Source: the human T2T-CHM13v2.0 reference genome, Homo sapiens
DNA: 64,000 nucleotides
Assembly: GCF_009914755.1 (NCBI RefSeq)
Contig: NC_060930.1
Direction: 5' to 3' (one strand)
This document shows positions 25,646 to 39,398 of this stretch, one piece after another (position 1 is the stretch's first letter; every line of letters starts with the position of its first letter). The notes under the pieces were generated by a model. It searched no databases. It saw only the letters and a program-made list of their open reading frames with translations, and was not told the DNA's origin. Made by a program: the position numbers and the translations under genes.

Positions 25646-27261
25646 TAAAATGTGGAGTAATTTTATTTTTCAATTTCATTTTTAATTGACAAAACTACAT
25701 GTATTTATTATGTACAACATGATTCAAATGTATACATAATGTAAAATGTTAAATATAATTAATATGTACATTGCCTTACATAGTTAGCATTTTTGTGGTG
25801 AAAATACCAATTGTCTTATCGTTTTCAAGAATAAAATATATTATCATTAATTATATTCACTATGCCATACAATAGATCCTTGAACTTATTCTTTTTAATT
25901 GTAAATATGAATCCTCTGACCAACATCTCCCCAACCAACCCAGCCTTTGAGAGCAACCATTCTACTCTCTGCTTCTATGAGATCCACTTTTTTTAATAGC
26001 TTCTCTCTATTAATGAGATCATGCAGTATTTGTATTTATGTGCCTGGATAATTTCACTTGAAATAATTTTCTCCAGATTCATCCATACTGTTCATCCATA
26101 CTTCACCCACAAATGACAGGACAGCTTTCTTTTTTCTGGACAAATAATGTTGCATTTTATATAAATATACATTTTCTTTATTCATGGTATGTTGCTGGAC
26201 ACTTAGGTTGATTCTATATTTTGGTTATTGTGAATAAAGCTGCAATAAATACTAGATTGCATTTGTCTCTTTGACATACCAATTTCATTTCCTTTGGGCA
26301 TATACCCAGTAGCAGAATTGCTGGATAATGTGGTAATTCTATTTTTAACTCATCGAGAAAACTTCATACTGTTTTTCCAAATATCCATACTAATTTTCAT
26401 TCCCATCAACACTGCAAGGGTTCCCTTTTCTCCACATTGTTTGAAAACTTATCCTTTGACTTTTTGATGATAGCCATTTTCACGAGGGAAGAAATATCTA
26501 TTGTGGTTTTGATTTGCATTTTTCTGGCGATTAGATATTTTGAACACTTTTAAATATAATCTGTTGGTCATCCATATGAATTATTTTGAGAAGTATCTAT
26601 TCCTATTCCGGTCAGTTGTTCACTTTTAAATCAGGTTATTTGTTTCCTTGCTATTGAGGTTTTTGAGTTCCTTGCAAATTTTTCGTGTTAACCCTTTATC
26701 AGATATATGGTTTGCAAATATTTTCTCCTATTTTGTAGGTCTCTTCACTCTGTTGATTGTTTCCTTTGCTGTGCAGAAGCATTTTAGTTTGATGCAATCT
26801 CATTTGCATGCTTTTGCTTTTGTTTCTTGTGCTTTTGAGGTCACATGCAGAAAATCATTGCCCAGACAAATATCATGGAGCTTTTCCACTATGTTTATTT
26901 TAGTAGATTCATAGTTTCAGGTCATACATTTAAGTCTTCAATCGTTTTGAGTTGATATGTTTATATGATGAGAGATAAAGGTCTTTTTTCTTCTGCATGT
27001 GGACATACAGTTTTCTCAACACCATTTATTGAAGACACTTTCTTTTACCCATTGTGTGTTTTTGATAACTTTGTCAAAAATCAGTTGGCTGTAAATGCCT
27101 AGGTTTATTTCTGGACTCTTTATTCTATTTCATTTTTCTATGTGATTGTTTTTATGCCAGTACCATATTATTTTGGTTAGTACATCTTTGTAGTATATTT
27201 TGAAGTCAGGTAGTGTGATGCCTCCAGCTTTGTTCTTTTTGCATATATATATATATATATA

Positions 27262-27705
27262 AATGTTTGTGGGTTCATAGTATGTACATATATTTATGGG
27301 GTACAGGAGCTGTTTTGACACAGGCATCCAAAATGAAATGAGCACATCATGGAGAATGGGGTGTTCATCCCGTCAAGCATTTGTTATTTGAGTTACAGAC
27401 AATTCAGTTACACTCTTTAAGTTATTTTGAAATGTGCAATTAAGTTACTATTGACTATAATCACCCTATTGTGCTATCAAATAGTATATCTTATTCTTTC
27501 AACTTTTTGTACCCATTAGCTATCCCCATCTCTGCCCCTCCACCCGCTGTGCAACCCTCCACTAACCTTCCCAGATTCTGCTAACCATCCTTCTACTCTC
27601 TATGTTTATCAGTTCAATTATTTTAATTTTTTGATCCCCAAAATACATGAGAAAATGTGACGTTTTTCTTTGTGCCTGGCTTATTTCACTTAACATATTC
27701 AAGTT
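27262..27705 (-). mobile_element. L1MA1-3-like 3' UTR fragment preceded by (TA)n
   Basis: 'tttgtgggttcatagtatgtacatatatttatggggtacaggag...tgtgcctggcttatttcacttaacata'. Confidence 0.75.
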
Positions 27706-27750
27706 CCAGTAAGCTGTGTTTCTATTTTTGTTTATCTTAACATATTTTTA

Positions 27751-28507
27751 TTTTTTTTTATTTTTTTTTTTAAATAACATTTTACTTTCATTTTATTTTT
27801 TTTTTATTTTTTTTTTCATTTATTTTATTTTATTTTATTTTATTTTTTTTATTATACTCTAAGTTTTAGGGTACATGTGCACATTGTGCAGGTTAGTTAC
27901 ATATGTATACATGTGCCATGCTGGTGCGCTGCACCCACTAATGTGTCATCTAGCATTAGGTATATCTCCCAATACTATCCCTCCCCCCTCCCCCAACCCC
28001 ACCACAGTCCCCAGAGTGTGATATTCCCCTTCCTGTGTCCATGTGATCTCATTGTTCAATTCCCACCTATGAGTGAGAATATGCGGTGTTTGGTTTTTTG
28101 TTCTTGCGATAGTTTACTGAGAATGATGGTTTCCAATTTCATCCATGTCCCTACAAAGGATATGAACTCATCATTTTTTATGGCTGCATAGTATTCCATG
28201 GTGTATATGTGCCACATTTTCTTAATCCAGTCTATCATTGTTGGACATTTGGGTTGGTTCCAAGTCTTTGCTATTGTGAATAGTGCCGCAATAAACATAT
28301 GTGTGCATGTGTCTTTATAGCAGCATGATTTATACTCATTTGGGTATATACCCAGTAATGGGATGGCTGGGTCAAATGGTATTTCTAGTTCTAGATCCCT
28401 GAGGAATCGCCACACTGACTTCCACAATGGTTGAACTAGTTTACAGTCCCACCAACAGTGTAAAAGTGTTCCTATTTTTCCGCATCCTCTCCAGCACCTG
28501 TTGTTTC
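27751..28507 (-). mobile_element. L1HS-Ta, 5'-truncated (~655 bp body) with bipartite A tail
   Basis: Ta diagnostics: ACA (tgt at 27942-44) and G6015 (c at 27859). ORF2 C-terminus is open (28056-28427). TSD AACATATTTTTA at 27739-50 and 28508-19, with a TT/AAAA endonuclease site. Confidence 0.96.
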
Positions 28508-28966
28508 AACATATTTTTAATTTCCCCTTTAATTTCTTGATTGACATAATGGTTGTTCAAAAGCATATTGTTTAATTTTCAGGTAGTTGTGAATTTTCCA
28601 AAGTTCCTCTTTTTATTGATATCTAGTTTTGTGCCATTGTAGTCAGAAAATATATTCTATATGATTTTAATTCTCTTATGTTTGTTGAGACATGTTTTTC
28701 AGCCTAACGTGATCTATCTTGGGTAAGGTCTCCTGTGCACTTGAAAAGAATGTGTATTTTGCAGTTGTTGGATAGAGTGTTCTCTGTATTTCTGTTTGGT
28801 CCATTTGGTATAAAGTGTAATTTAAGTGCAATGTTTGCTCACTGATTTCCTGCTTGGCTGATCTGTCGATTGCTGCATGGTATTTTGAGGTCGCCGACTA
28901 TTATTGTATTAAAATCTATTTCTCTATTTGTTTTATGTATTTAGGCACTCCAATGTTGGATGCATA

Positions 28967-29279
28967 CAGTTGTCCTTTGGTATTCACGAAGAATTGGTTT
29001 CAGGATCCTCTGTGAATACCAAAATCTGCAGACACCTATGTCTACCATAAAAAAAAGATGAAGTATTTGCATATAATTTATGTAAATGTTCCCATACACT
29101 TTAAGTCATATCTAGATTATGTATAATAAGTAATACAATGTAAATGCTACATAAATAGTTGTTATACTATATTTTATTTATATTATTTTGTTATTCTATT
29201 TATTTATTTATTTGATATTTTTGACCTGTAATTATTTAAATCTGTGGGCACAGAACCCATGGATACAAAGAACCAACTG
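28967..29279 (+). mobile_element. MER2 (Tigger-family) MITE
   Basis: ta|CAGTTGTCCTTTGGTATTC...ATACCAAAATCTGCAGA...GAACCCATGGATACAAAGAACCAACTG. Confidence 0.85.
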
Positions 29280-29871
29280 AATATATTTGCAACTTTTATA
29301 TCTTCTTGTTGAATTGGCCTTGTTATCATGATATAATGACCTTTGTCTCTTTTTACAGTTTTTGATTGGAAGGCTGTTCTATCTGATATAAATATAAGTG
29401 TTTCTGCTCTCTTTTGGGTTCCATTCACATAGAATGTCTTTTTGAATTTCTTTACTTGCAGTCTATGTGTGTCCTTACAGGTGAAGAGAATCTCTTCTAG
29501 CTGGTATGCACTCTTGACTTTTTTTTTATCCATTCAGTGCCTCTATGTTTTTGATTGGAGAATTTAATCTATATATACAAGGACTTACTACTTTCATTTT
29601 GTTAATTGTTTTTGGTTGTTTTGTATATCTTTTATTTCTTGATCTCTTACTGTCTTTCTTTGTTGATAAGTTATTTTCTTTAGTAACACGTTTTATTCTT
29701 TGCTTTTCATTTTTTGTGTTTCTGTTATAGGTTTTTTCTTTATGGTTACCGTGACCCTTACAAAAAATATTTTATAGTCATAAAAGATTATTTTAAGCTG
29801 ATAGCAATTTAACTTTGAATGTGAGGAAAAAAACAAAACTCTACACTTTTACTCAACTTTCCCCCACATAT

Positions 29872-32800
29872 TTTTAACTTTTATTTTAGATTCAGGGGGC
29901 ACCTGTGGAGGTTTGCTACATAGGTAAATTGTGTGTTATGGTGGTTTGGTATACAGACTATTTAATGACCCAGATATCAGCATAGTATCCAATAGATAGT
30001 TTTTCAATCCTCACCCACCTCCCACTCTCCACCCTTAAGTAGACTACAGTGCCTGTTGTTCCCTTCTTTGTGTCCATATATCTCCAATATTTAGCTTCCA
30101 ATTATGTTAGAACATACAGTATTTGGTTTTCCGTTGCTGTATTAGTTTGCTTAAAATAATGGCTTCAATTCCATCCATGTTGTTAAAAAGAACATAATCT
30201 TCTTCTTTTTATGGCTGCAGAGTATTCCATGGTGAATATGTACCATATTTTCTTTATGCAGGCTACATTCATGGGCATTTAGAAGGAGTCCATGTCTTTG
30301 CCATTGTGAATAGTGCTGCCATAAACATAGGCGTGCATGTGACTTTATGGTAGAACGACTTATATTCCTTTGGGTATATACCCATAGTAGGATTGCCGGG
30401 TTGAATGATAATTCTGTTTTAAGTTCTTTGAGAAGTTGCCAAACTGCTTTCCACAGTGGCTGAACTAATTGAGATTCCTAGCAGCATTGTATAAATGTTC
30501 CCTTTTCTCCATGGCCCCAGAAGCATTGGTTATTTATTGACTTTTGAATAATAGCCATTCTGACTGGTATGAAATAATACCTCATTGTAATTTTGATTTG
30601 CATTTTTGTAGTGATTAAGTTGAGCATTTATTTATATGCTAGTTGGCCACGTGTATATCTTAGTTTTAAAAATGTCTGTTTATATATTTTGCCCGCTTTT
30701 TATTGGGGTTGTTTGGTTTTTGCTTGTTGATTTGTTTAAGTTCCTTGTATAGATTCTGGATATTAGACATTTGTCAGATGCAGAGTTTGCAAATGTTTTC
30801 TCTCATTTTGTAGGCTGTTTACTCTTGATAGTTTCATTTGTTGTGCAGAAGCTCTTTAATTTAATTAGATTCCATTTGTCCGTTTTTGTTTTGGTTGCAG
30901 TTGTTTTTGGCATCTTCATTATGAAATATTTGTCAGGGCCTATGTCTAGAATGGTATTTCCTAGGTTATCTTCCAGAGATTTTATAGTTTTAGGTTGTGC
31001 ATTTACATCTTTAATCCATCTAGAGTTGATTTTTGTATGTGGTATAAGGAAGGGGTTCAGTTTAATCTTCTGTGTATGGTTACTACCATTTATTGAATAG
31101 GGAGTCCTTTCCCCATTGCTTGTTTTTGTTGATCTTGTTGAAGATGAGACGATTGTAGGTGTGCAGCATTATTTCTAGGTTCCATTCTGTTACATTTATC
31201 TAGTGTCTACTTTGTAGAAGTATCATGCTGTTTTTGGTATTGTCTTGTAGTATAGTTTGTAGTTGGATAATGTGATGTCTCCAACTTTGTTCTTTTTGCA
31301 TAGGATTGCCTTGGCTACTAGGGCTCTTTTTGGGTTCCATATGAATTTTAGACTAGTTTCTTTCCAATTATGTAAAGAATGTCATTGGTATTTTGATAAG
31401 AATAGCATTGACTCTATTTTTGCCTTGGGCCATACGGCCATTTTAATAATATTGATTCTTCCTTTTTGGATGCCTTTTGTTTCTTTCTGTTGCTTAATTG
31501 CTCTGGCTAGGACTTCCAGGACTATGTTGAATAGGAGTAGTGAGAGAGGGCAGCCTTGTCTTATGATTTTTCAAGAGAAAGCTTTCCAGCTTTCACCCAT
31601 TCAGTATGATGTTGGCTGTGAGTTTTGCATAGATGGCTCTTATTACTTTGAAGTATGTTCCTTCACTGACTACTTAGTTGAGGATTTTTGACATGAAGTG
31701 ATATTGAATTTTATCTAAAGCCTTTTATGCATTTACTGAGATGATTATGTGGTTTTGTTTTTACTTCTGTTTATGTGATGAATCACATTTATTGATTTGT
31801 GTATGTTGATCAAATATGCATCCCAAGGATAAAGCCTACTTGAACATAGTAGACTAGCTTTTTGATGTGCTGCTGGATTTTGTTTGCTAGTATTTTGCTG
31901 GGGATTTTTTCCATCAATGTTCATCAAGGATATTGGCCTGAAGTTTTTCATGTTGTTGTTATGTCTCTGCCAGTTTTGGGTATTAGGATGATACTGGCCT
32001 CACAGAATGAGTTAGGTAGGTGTCACTCCTCTTCATTTTGTGGAATAGTTTCAATGGGAATGGTACCAGGTCTTCATTGTACATTTGGCAGAATTTGGCT
32101 GTGAATCTATCTGGTCCTGGAATTTTATTGTTAGGTAGACTTTTCATTACTGGTTCAATTTTAGAACTCATTATTAGTCTGTTCAAGGATTCAGTTTCTT
32201 CCTGGATCAATCTTAGGAAGTTGTATGTTTCCAGGATTTTATCAACTCCTAGGTTTTCTAGATTGTGTGCAAAGAGGTGTTCATAGTAGTCTTTGAAAGT
32301 TTTATTGTATTTCTGTGGGGTCAATGGTAATGACTCCTTTGTCATTTCTGATTATGTTTATTAGGACTTGCTCTCCTTTTTTAAATTGATCTAGCTAACG
32401 GTCTATCTATCCTATTAGTTCTTTCCAACAAAAAAAAATCCTGCATTTGTTGATCTTTTGTATGGTTTTTGTTTCTCTATTTCATTCAGTTCAGCTTTGA
32501 TTTTCATTATTTTTTGTCTTCTGCTAGCCTTGGGGTTGATTTGCTCTTCTTTCTCTAGTTCCTATAGTTGTGATGTTAGACTGTTAAATGGAGATCTTTC
32601 TAACTTTTTGATGTGGGTGATTATTGCAATAAACTTCCCTCTCAGCGTTCCTTTATCTGTGTTCCAGAGATTCTGGTATGTTTTATTCTTGTTCTCATTA
32701 GTTTCACAGAATTTGTGGATTTATGTCATTATTTTCCCAGAAATCATATAGGAGTAGGTTGTTTAATTTTCATGTAATTTTATGGTTTTGAGCACTTTTC

Positions 32801-35725
32801 TTGGCATTGATTTTTATTTTTATTGCACTGTGGTCCAAGAGTGTGGTTGATATAATCCCTTTTTAATTTAATTGTTGGGGATTGTTTTATGCCTGACTAT
32901 GTGGTTGATTTTAAAGCATGTACAATATGAAGGTGAGAAGAATGTATATTCTGTTGTTTTTGGTGGAAAGTTCTGTAGATTTACATTAGGCCCATTTTGT
33001 CAGGCGTCAAGATCTGGTTCTGAATATCTTTGTTAGTTTTCTACCTCAATAATTTTTTTTAATACTATAAGTGGAGTGTTGAAATTGCCCACTGTTTTGG
33101 GGTTTTCTAAGTCCCTTCATAGGTCTCTAAGGACTGGCAGTATGCATCTGGCAGTATTTATATTTAGAATAGCTAGGTCTTCTTGTTGAATTGAGTCCTT
33201 AACCATTACGCAATGCCTATGTTTTTTAACTTTTGTTGGTTTAAAGTTCATTTGTGTTTTTTAATTTTTTTCCCTCAGAGTAGAGTAACAACAATTGCTT
33301 TTCTTTTCTGTTTTTGTTTGCTTGGTAGATTTTTCTTCATCACCTTACTTTGAGCTTCTATGTGTAATTACATATGTGATGAGTCTCTTGAAGACAGCAT
33401 ACAGTTGTCTTGCTTCTTTATCCACTTGGCACTCTGTGCCTTTTAATTGGGGCATTTAACTCATTTACATTCAAGGTTAGTATTGATATGGGTAAATTTG
33501 ATCCTTTTATCTTGTTAGCTGGTTATTATGCAGACTTTTTTTGTGTGGTTGCTTCATAGTGTCACTGGTTCCTGTACTTAAGAGTGTTTTTGTAGTGGCT
33601 AGTAATGATCTTTCCTTCCTATATTTAACACTTTCTTCAAGACCTTTTGTAAGGCAGGTCTAGTGGTAACAAATTTCCTTAGCATTTGCTTGTCTGAAAA
33701 GGATCTTATTTCTCCTTTGCTTATGAAGCTTTGTTTGACAGGACATAAGTTTCTTGGTTAAAAATTCTTTCCTTTAAGAATGCTAAATATAGGCACCCAA
33801 CATCTTCTGGCTTGTAAGGTTTCTGATGAAAGATCTAGAGTTAGCCCGATGGGGTTGCTTGCTTTCTCTCCCTCTTGATGCCATCTTGATCTCTTTACAT
33901 AATCCCATATTTATTTCAGGTATTATTCATTCTTCTTTATTTTCTTCTTTATTTTATTTATTTATTTATTTATTTATTTATCTGGCTGAGTTATTTCAAA
34001 GATCCAGTCTTCAAGTTCAAGCTTTGGGATTTTTCCTCACCTTTGTTGATTCTGCTGTTAATACTTGCAGTTTACATTCTGAACTTCTTGAAGTGAGTTT
34101 TTCAGCTCTTTCAGATCACTTTGCTTCTTTATTAAAATGGGCATTTCACCTCTCATCTTCTGTATGCTTTTATTGTATTTTTTAGATGTCTTGGATGGGG
34201 ATTGGACTTTCTCCTGAATCTAGATGATTTTCATTTTTATCTATATTCTGAATTCTATTTCTGTCATTTTAGCCTGTTTAAGAACCACTACTATGGAACT
34301 ATTGTGGCCAGTTGGAAGAAAAAACACTGGCCTTTTGAGTTGCCATAGTTCTTACACTGGTTCTTTCTCATTTTTGTGGGCTGATACTCCTTCAATTTTT
34401 GAAGTTTCTGTCCTTTGGATGTTTTCTTTTTTATCTTCTTTGATGTCTTTTGGGGTTTGATTGTGGTATAGGGTGGTTTCAGTCAACTGAATTTATTCCT
34501 GAAATATTTTAGGGGCTCAAGGCTCAACTCAAGACTCCTGAGTTGCGTGCTTTAACTCTGGGGGGCTGGTATTGGGCCCCGAGCTTTGTTCTCTTGCCTC
34601 TTGAGGTTATGAATTTACTGCCCTGCAGGGACCAAAGTGTTCCTGGACTGCTTATAATAACACTCCAATAAGTGGTGCCAGCCAAAGTGCTTTGCTGGGC
34701 AGTAGCAGTAGGATCCATGCTTGTTCACATGTGCCAGCAGGAGCAGCAGCACAGTGGGGTGCATACTCGTTGGCTGAGGTGAGGTTCTGGTTGGCACAGA
34801 TGTGCCAGTCTCCATGTGCATGTTTGCAGTGTTGGTGGTCATAGCATAGCATGTGCTGGGGGTGAGACCATTGGTGACTGTGGGCACATTCATGTCAGTG
34901 ACACTGTTGGTGCAGGGGCAGGGCACTGGCAGGAACAGGGTTGGCACTTTCTGTGCATTCCTTTGTGATAGTGGCATTGGTAGTGCTGTGTGGGGGTGGG
35001 GCTGCCAGTCTTTGTGTGCAGGTTTGGTCTGGCTACAGTGTCAGCATGGGAGTGAGATGCAGGTGGGCATGGATCTTGTGGGCTCCATGCCATGAAGCAT
35101 TGGTTGCAATGGCAGTGCAGGGTGGGGCTGCTTGTCTCCTTCTCTGTGTTTGCATTGGCAATGGTGGCACAGTTTGGGGGGGGTGTTCTTACAGCAGTAG
35201 TTGCGCATTGGGATGCAGACATACATATACACTGGCAGGGAAGGGGAGGTAAGTTTTTTCCATGTGCACACATGCTGGCATAGCAATGTTGGGGTGGCCA
35301 TGGGAAAGTGCATGCTGGCAAAGTGGCATGGGGGTGCTGTGGTATGGAAAGATGGGCTAGTGTGTGTCAATGTGAGCTGCTCTGCTGGAGCTCTCTGACA
35401 GTCAGGCATGGTCTGCCAGCACAGGAGCTATGATGCAAGCCCCTGGAAGACACTCTGGCTAGCCATACAATGCTGCACTACAAGCAGATATTGCCAGGGT
35501 AGGGCACCAGGAAAGGCCAACACACAGGAGCATTCTCAGATAAGACTGACCCTGTCTCATGGGCAAGATCACCCTGCTCTGTTCATGCCCAGTAGTTTCC
35601 CTAAGGCTAAGGTCTCCTAGAGGAGCAAGGTGAAACTTGGGGGATTGGTGCCCCTGGCCATGCTCCACTATAGATACTTCCACATCAAACTCTAGGGGCT
35701 CTGCACCAGCTGGAGTTCTCGTCCC
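29872..35725 (-). mobile_element. Near full-length degenerate L1PA15/16-like element with internal deletions
   Basis: 3' UTR at 29872; ORF2 remnants ('[11 protein letters not shown]', 'PGPDRFTAKFCQ'); ORF1 region; GT-rich repetitive 5' UTR at ~34500-35725. Confidence 0.85.
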
Positions 35726-38344
35726 CGAGAGGTTGAATTTTTGATGTCAACATTAACATCTTTTTATATTTCATATTGTTTTATAAATAGAGTTATTATT
35801 TTTAATAGCTTTGCTTTTTAACTTTCATACTAAAGGTATGAATGATTTACCTACTGCCATTACAGTATTGGCATATTCTAATTTTGACTGTATTTACTTT
35901 TACCGTGAGTTTTCTACTTCCAAATGTTTTTGTGTTACTCATCAGCATCCTTTTCTTTTAGCTTGAATAACTCCTTTTATTATCTCTTATAATACAGGGC
36001 TGCTGGTGATAAATTTATTCAGCTTTGTTTGCCTGGGAAAGTATCTTTCCCTCATTTCTGAAGAACAGTTTTACTGGGCACAGTATTCTTTGCTGACAGA
36101 TTTTTGCTTATTTTTTCTTCAGCTCTTTGAATACATCATCCCACTCCTCCTAACCTATAAAAAGAAAGTCTGCTGCCAGATATATTGGAACTTCCTTATT
36201 TGCTTATTTTTATCTTGGTGCTTTTATGATTCTTTGTTTTTGATCTTTGATAGTTGCATAATAATATGTCTTCCTGTACTCTTAATTGTATCAAATCTGA
36301 TGTTCACCTTTGATCTTCCTTTACTGGAATATGTATGCCTTTCTTTAGGGCTGAAAAGTTTCTTACTATAAGCTTTCTACCCCTTTGTCTTTTTCTACTC
36401 CCTCTTAAACTTCAATGAATCAAAAATTTGCTCTTTTCATGCTGTCCTGTAAATCTTGCAGGATTTCTTCATTTTTTTCTTTTTCCCCATGACTGTATAT
36501 TTTCATATCACCTATCTTTGAGTTTACAGATTCATTTTTCTGCTTGATCAATTCTGCTGATGATGCTCTCTATTAAATTTCTTACTTCATTCATTATATT
36601 TTTTAGTTTTAAGATTTGTTTTATTTCACTTTTAATTTTTATTTTATTCTGTCTATTAAATTCTTTATTCTGTTCCTTTATGGTTTTCCTCATTTTTTTG
36701 TATTATTTCTCTTTGTTTTCTTAAAGTTTTCTGAACTTCCTTAAATGGCTATTTTGACATTTTGGGGGGCAGTTCATACATCTCCATCACCTTAGGGTTG
36801 GCCACTGACAATTTGTGTTGTTTATTTGATGACATCATATTTCTCTGATTGTTTCTGATCTTTGTGCTTATTCATTGATGTCTGCACATTGAAAAAATTC
36901 CAGTCTTTGCTGTCTAGATTTATCTAAAAATATTCTTCAACATTAAGTCTGTCCAGAGATACTGAGCTGGTCAGCTAATGTGATCACTAAGCCTGTAACA
37001 ACTGCAGCAGTTGCAATGCTAGAGATGAATTAAGCATAAGATTTCCATGGTTAGTGCAGTGTTAGGCTGTAATCCTGTGGACATCAAGGCTGGTGCTGTG
37101 CTGGGGTGCATCCGAAGTCCACAGCCACTGAGGCTAGTGCAATAATGGGGCACACATGAAGTCAGTAGCATCCGAGGGCTGCCTCCTGTAAAGTTTTTCC
37201 GGAAGTCAAGCCTTCTGTAGTCAGCCAGCAGTGATTTGAGCCAGAGACCAAATTTGTTTTAAGGGGGCTACAGGTTCTTGCCTGGCACTGGGGCAGATCA
37301 GGAGGCTCAGTCCACAGTACTGGCATGGATTGAGGGGATTTAGGGTTTTTCCTGGTACTGGGTTTTAGTATGATGGCCTCAGTATACCAAGACAAAGTCC
37401 TATGCTCGCTTTCTTCTCTTTTTTCCAATAAGACAGTATATTTTTCACATTATGCCTCCTGAAGTTGAGAGAGGAGTGACGTGGATAAGGTAATCCATTT
37501 TTTCTCCCCTATTCAATGCATCTTTTCTTATTATTATGCCGAAACAATGCCTATGATCTTCCCCCTCACTTCCTTAGCTCTTCTGAAGATACTTTTGCAT
37601 GTGGATAACTGTTCAAATTTATGTTACTGTAGAAGAACAATCATGGGATTGTCCTATTTTTCCATTTGCTCTGCCCTCTTACCAATGAAAAATAGATTAA
37701 AAATGCCTGACTAGAGATTAAAGTTCCTATTACTTTCCATATAACTTAAAATAGGCCTATGCCAAGATATATGCTAGCGTTCACCAATTTTAACTTTTTA
37801 TTTAAACATCTTCCTCTATGTTTTCAAAAGTATTTTTCTACTTATTTGCTAGACTTCTTTGCTTTCTCAAAGCTTAGATCATTTACACTTCTGATATGTT
37901 GTCTTTATTTTCCTGATTCTGAGAAGCCTCCTGTGCGCCTACTTTAACATTAGGCCCAGGAATTTTAGTAAAAGTTACTTTTATACTTTTCTTTTGCTAA
38001 TTGTGTGGACTTTGGTAACATTTAATGAGACAGAGGTGATAGAAAAAGAAATAGGATTTGGGAGAGCTCTATATTTTATGCAGAGGTTCTAGAGTATTTT
38101 ATGACCTATTACCACAAAATTAGTTATTTGATTGCACAGGTTTATACCTCCATAGAGGTATCTCCACTTGGGAGTTAGATTCAAGAATTATCAGCAGAAC
38201 TGAAGATATAGAGGTTGAGGGGAGGAATGTACCATGAAAAAAAGGGACTGAGGATGGCCACAGGAAACACTCCCAGTGAAAAACTGGCAAAGGAAGAGTT
38301 TGCAAAAAGACAAGACAGATTATAGGCAGAAAACCAAGATGCCT

Positions 38345-38850
38345 ACAGAAGACATATACATAATTAAATACTATTCAACCATAGAAAAGCAGGAAATTCT
38401 GTTATTTGTAATGGCTTGAATTAACCTGGAGGATATTTTGTTAAATGAAAAAAGTCATAAACAGACAATACTGCATTATCTCACTCATATGTGAAATCTA
38501 AAAATGTTGAACTCATAGAAGCAGAGAGTACAATGGTGGTAAACGGGCTAGGATGGCTGGAGTGGGGAAATACTGGGGAGATGATGATCAAAGGATACAA
38601 CATTTTAGTTAAATATAAGGAATAAGTTGAAAAAGTATATTGCACAGCATGGTGACTGTAAGTCATAATGTGTTACTGAAAAATGTTAAAACAATGGTTG
38701 TAAAGGGTCCTCATCACATGAAAGAATAACTGTGTGAGGTAATTCATATGTTAATAACTATAATTAGTCATTCTGCAATGAATAAATCCTCAAAACATCA
38801 TGTATATGGAAAACACATACAATGTTATCCATCAGTATAAAAAGAAAGAG
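38345..38850 (+). mobile_element. L1MA 3' end
   Basis: 'aacctggaggatatt...tctcactcatatgtgaaatctaaaaatgttgaactcatagaagcagagagta...tgtgaggtaattcatatgttaat'. Confidence 0.8.
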
Positions 38851-39398
38851 AAGAATGAAGGTAGGAAGAAAAAGAAAATAAGGAGGGAAGGAAGGAATAA
38901 ATGATGGGTATTGGGCATTTCTGAATAAAGAAAATGTCTCAAAATCAAATTCTGTTCATGAATCAAAATATGTGTTTTGTAAGAGGGATGTCTTTGGGAA
39001 CCATACGTTTGCTTTAATCATACTGATTTAACAGTCTGTTTCAAGTGATGTGATAGAGTGCAAATAAAATTAATGGCTGTAGATGTTTGACCAAGATGAA
39101 GAAATAGAAAATATAAGCAACATCGAAGCTTCTATTATGCATATTTCTTATTATACAGCCATTTTAATTAAAAGTACAACAAACCTGGTACTTTAAATTC
39201 TATACCAAAACTGAGTTAATAATTCCTTAATCCCTCAAGTGCTTGCTATATATTAAACTCTTAGTAAAAAGCTGTTAAATAAATTAATAGATTTTTGACG
39301 TAACAAATTATTTGCCAACATATATTAGCACCTGGCGTATTACCTAGAAAATAATAAATGCTTGATAATATTTGTTGAATTAATTCATGTTAGAAATC

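Larger units (their letters stand above)
25660..37680 (-). mobile_element. Old L1MA-type host element in pieces (25660-27241, 27706-27750, 28508-29870, 35730-37680) with nested insertions
   Basis: 3' UTR at ~25680, degenerate ORF2, an EN-domain remnant (ORF 29204-29533 'KRDKGHYIMITRPIQQEDIKVANI'), then ORF1/5' region; order is colinear on the minus strand. Confidence 0.7.

Noticed and set aside
28056-28427. Retrotransposition-competent L1
   Set aside because: Only the last ~655 bp are present; no promoter, ORF1, EN or RT.
34524-35683. Many overlapping ORFs on both strands
   Set aside because: They lie in the GT-rich repetitive 5' UTR of an old L1PA; no protein similarity recognised.
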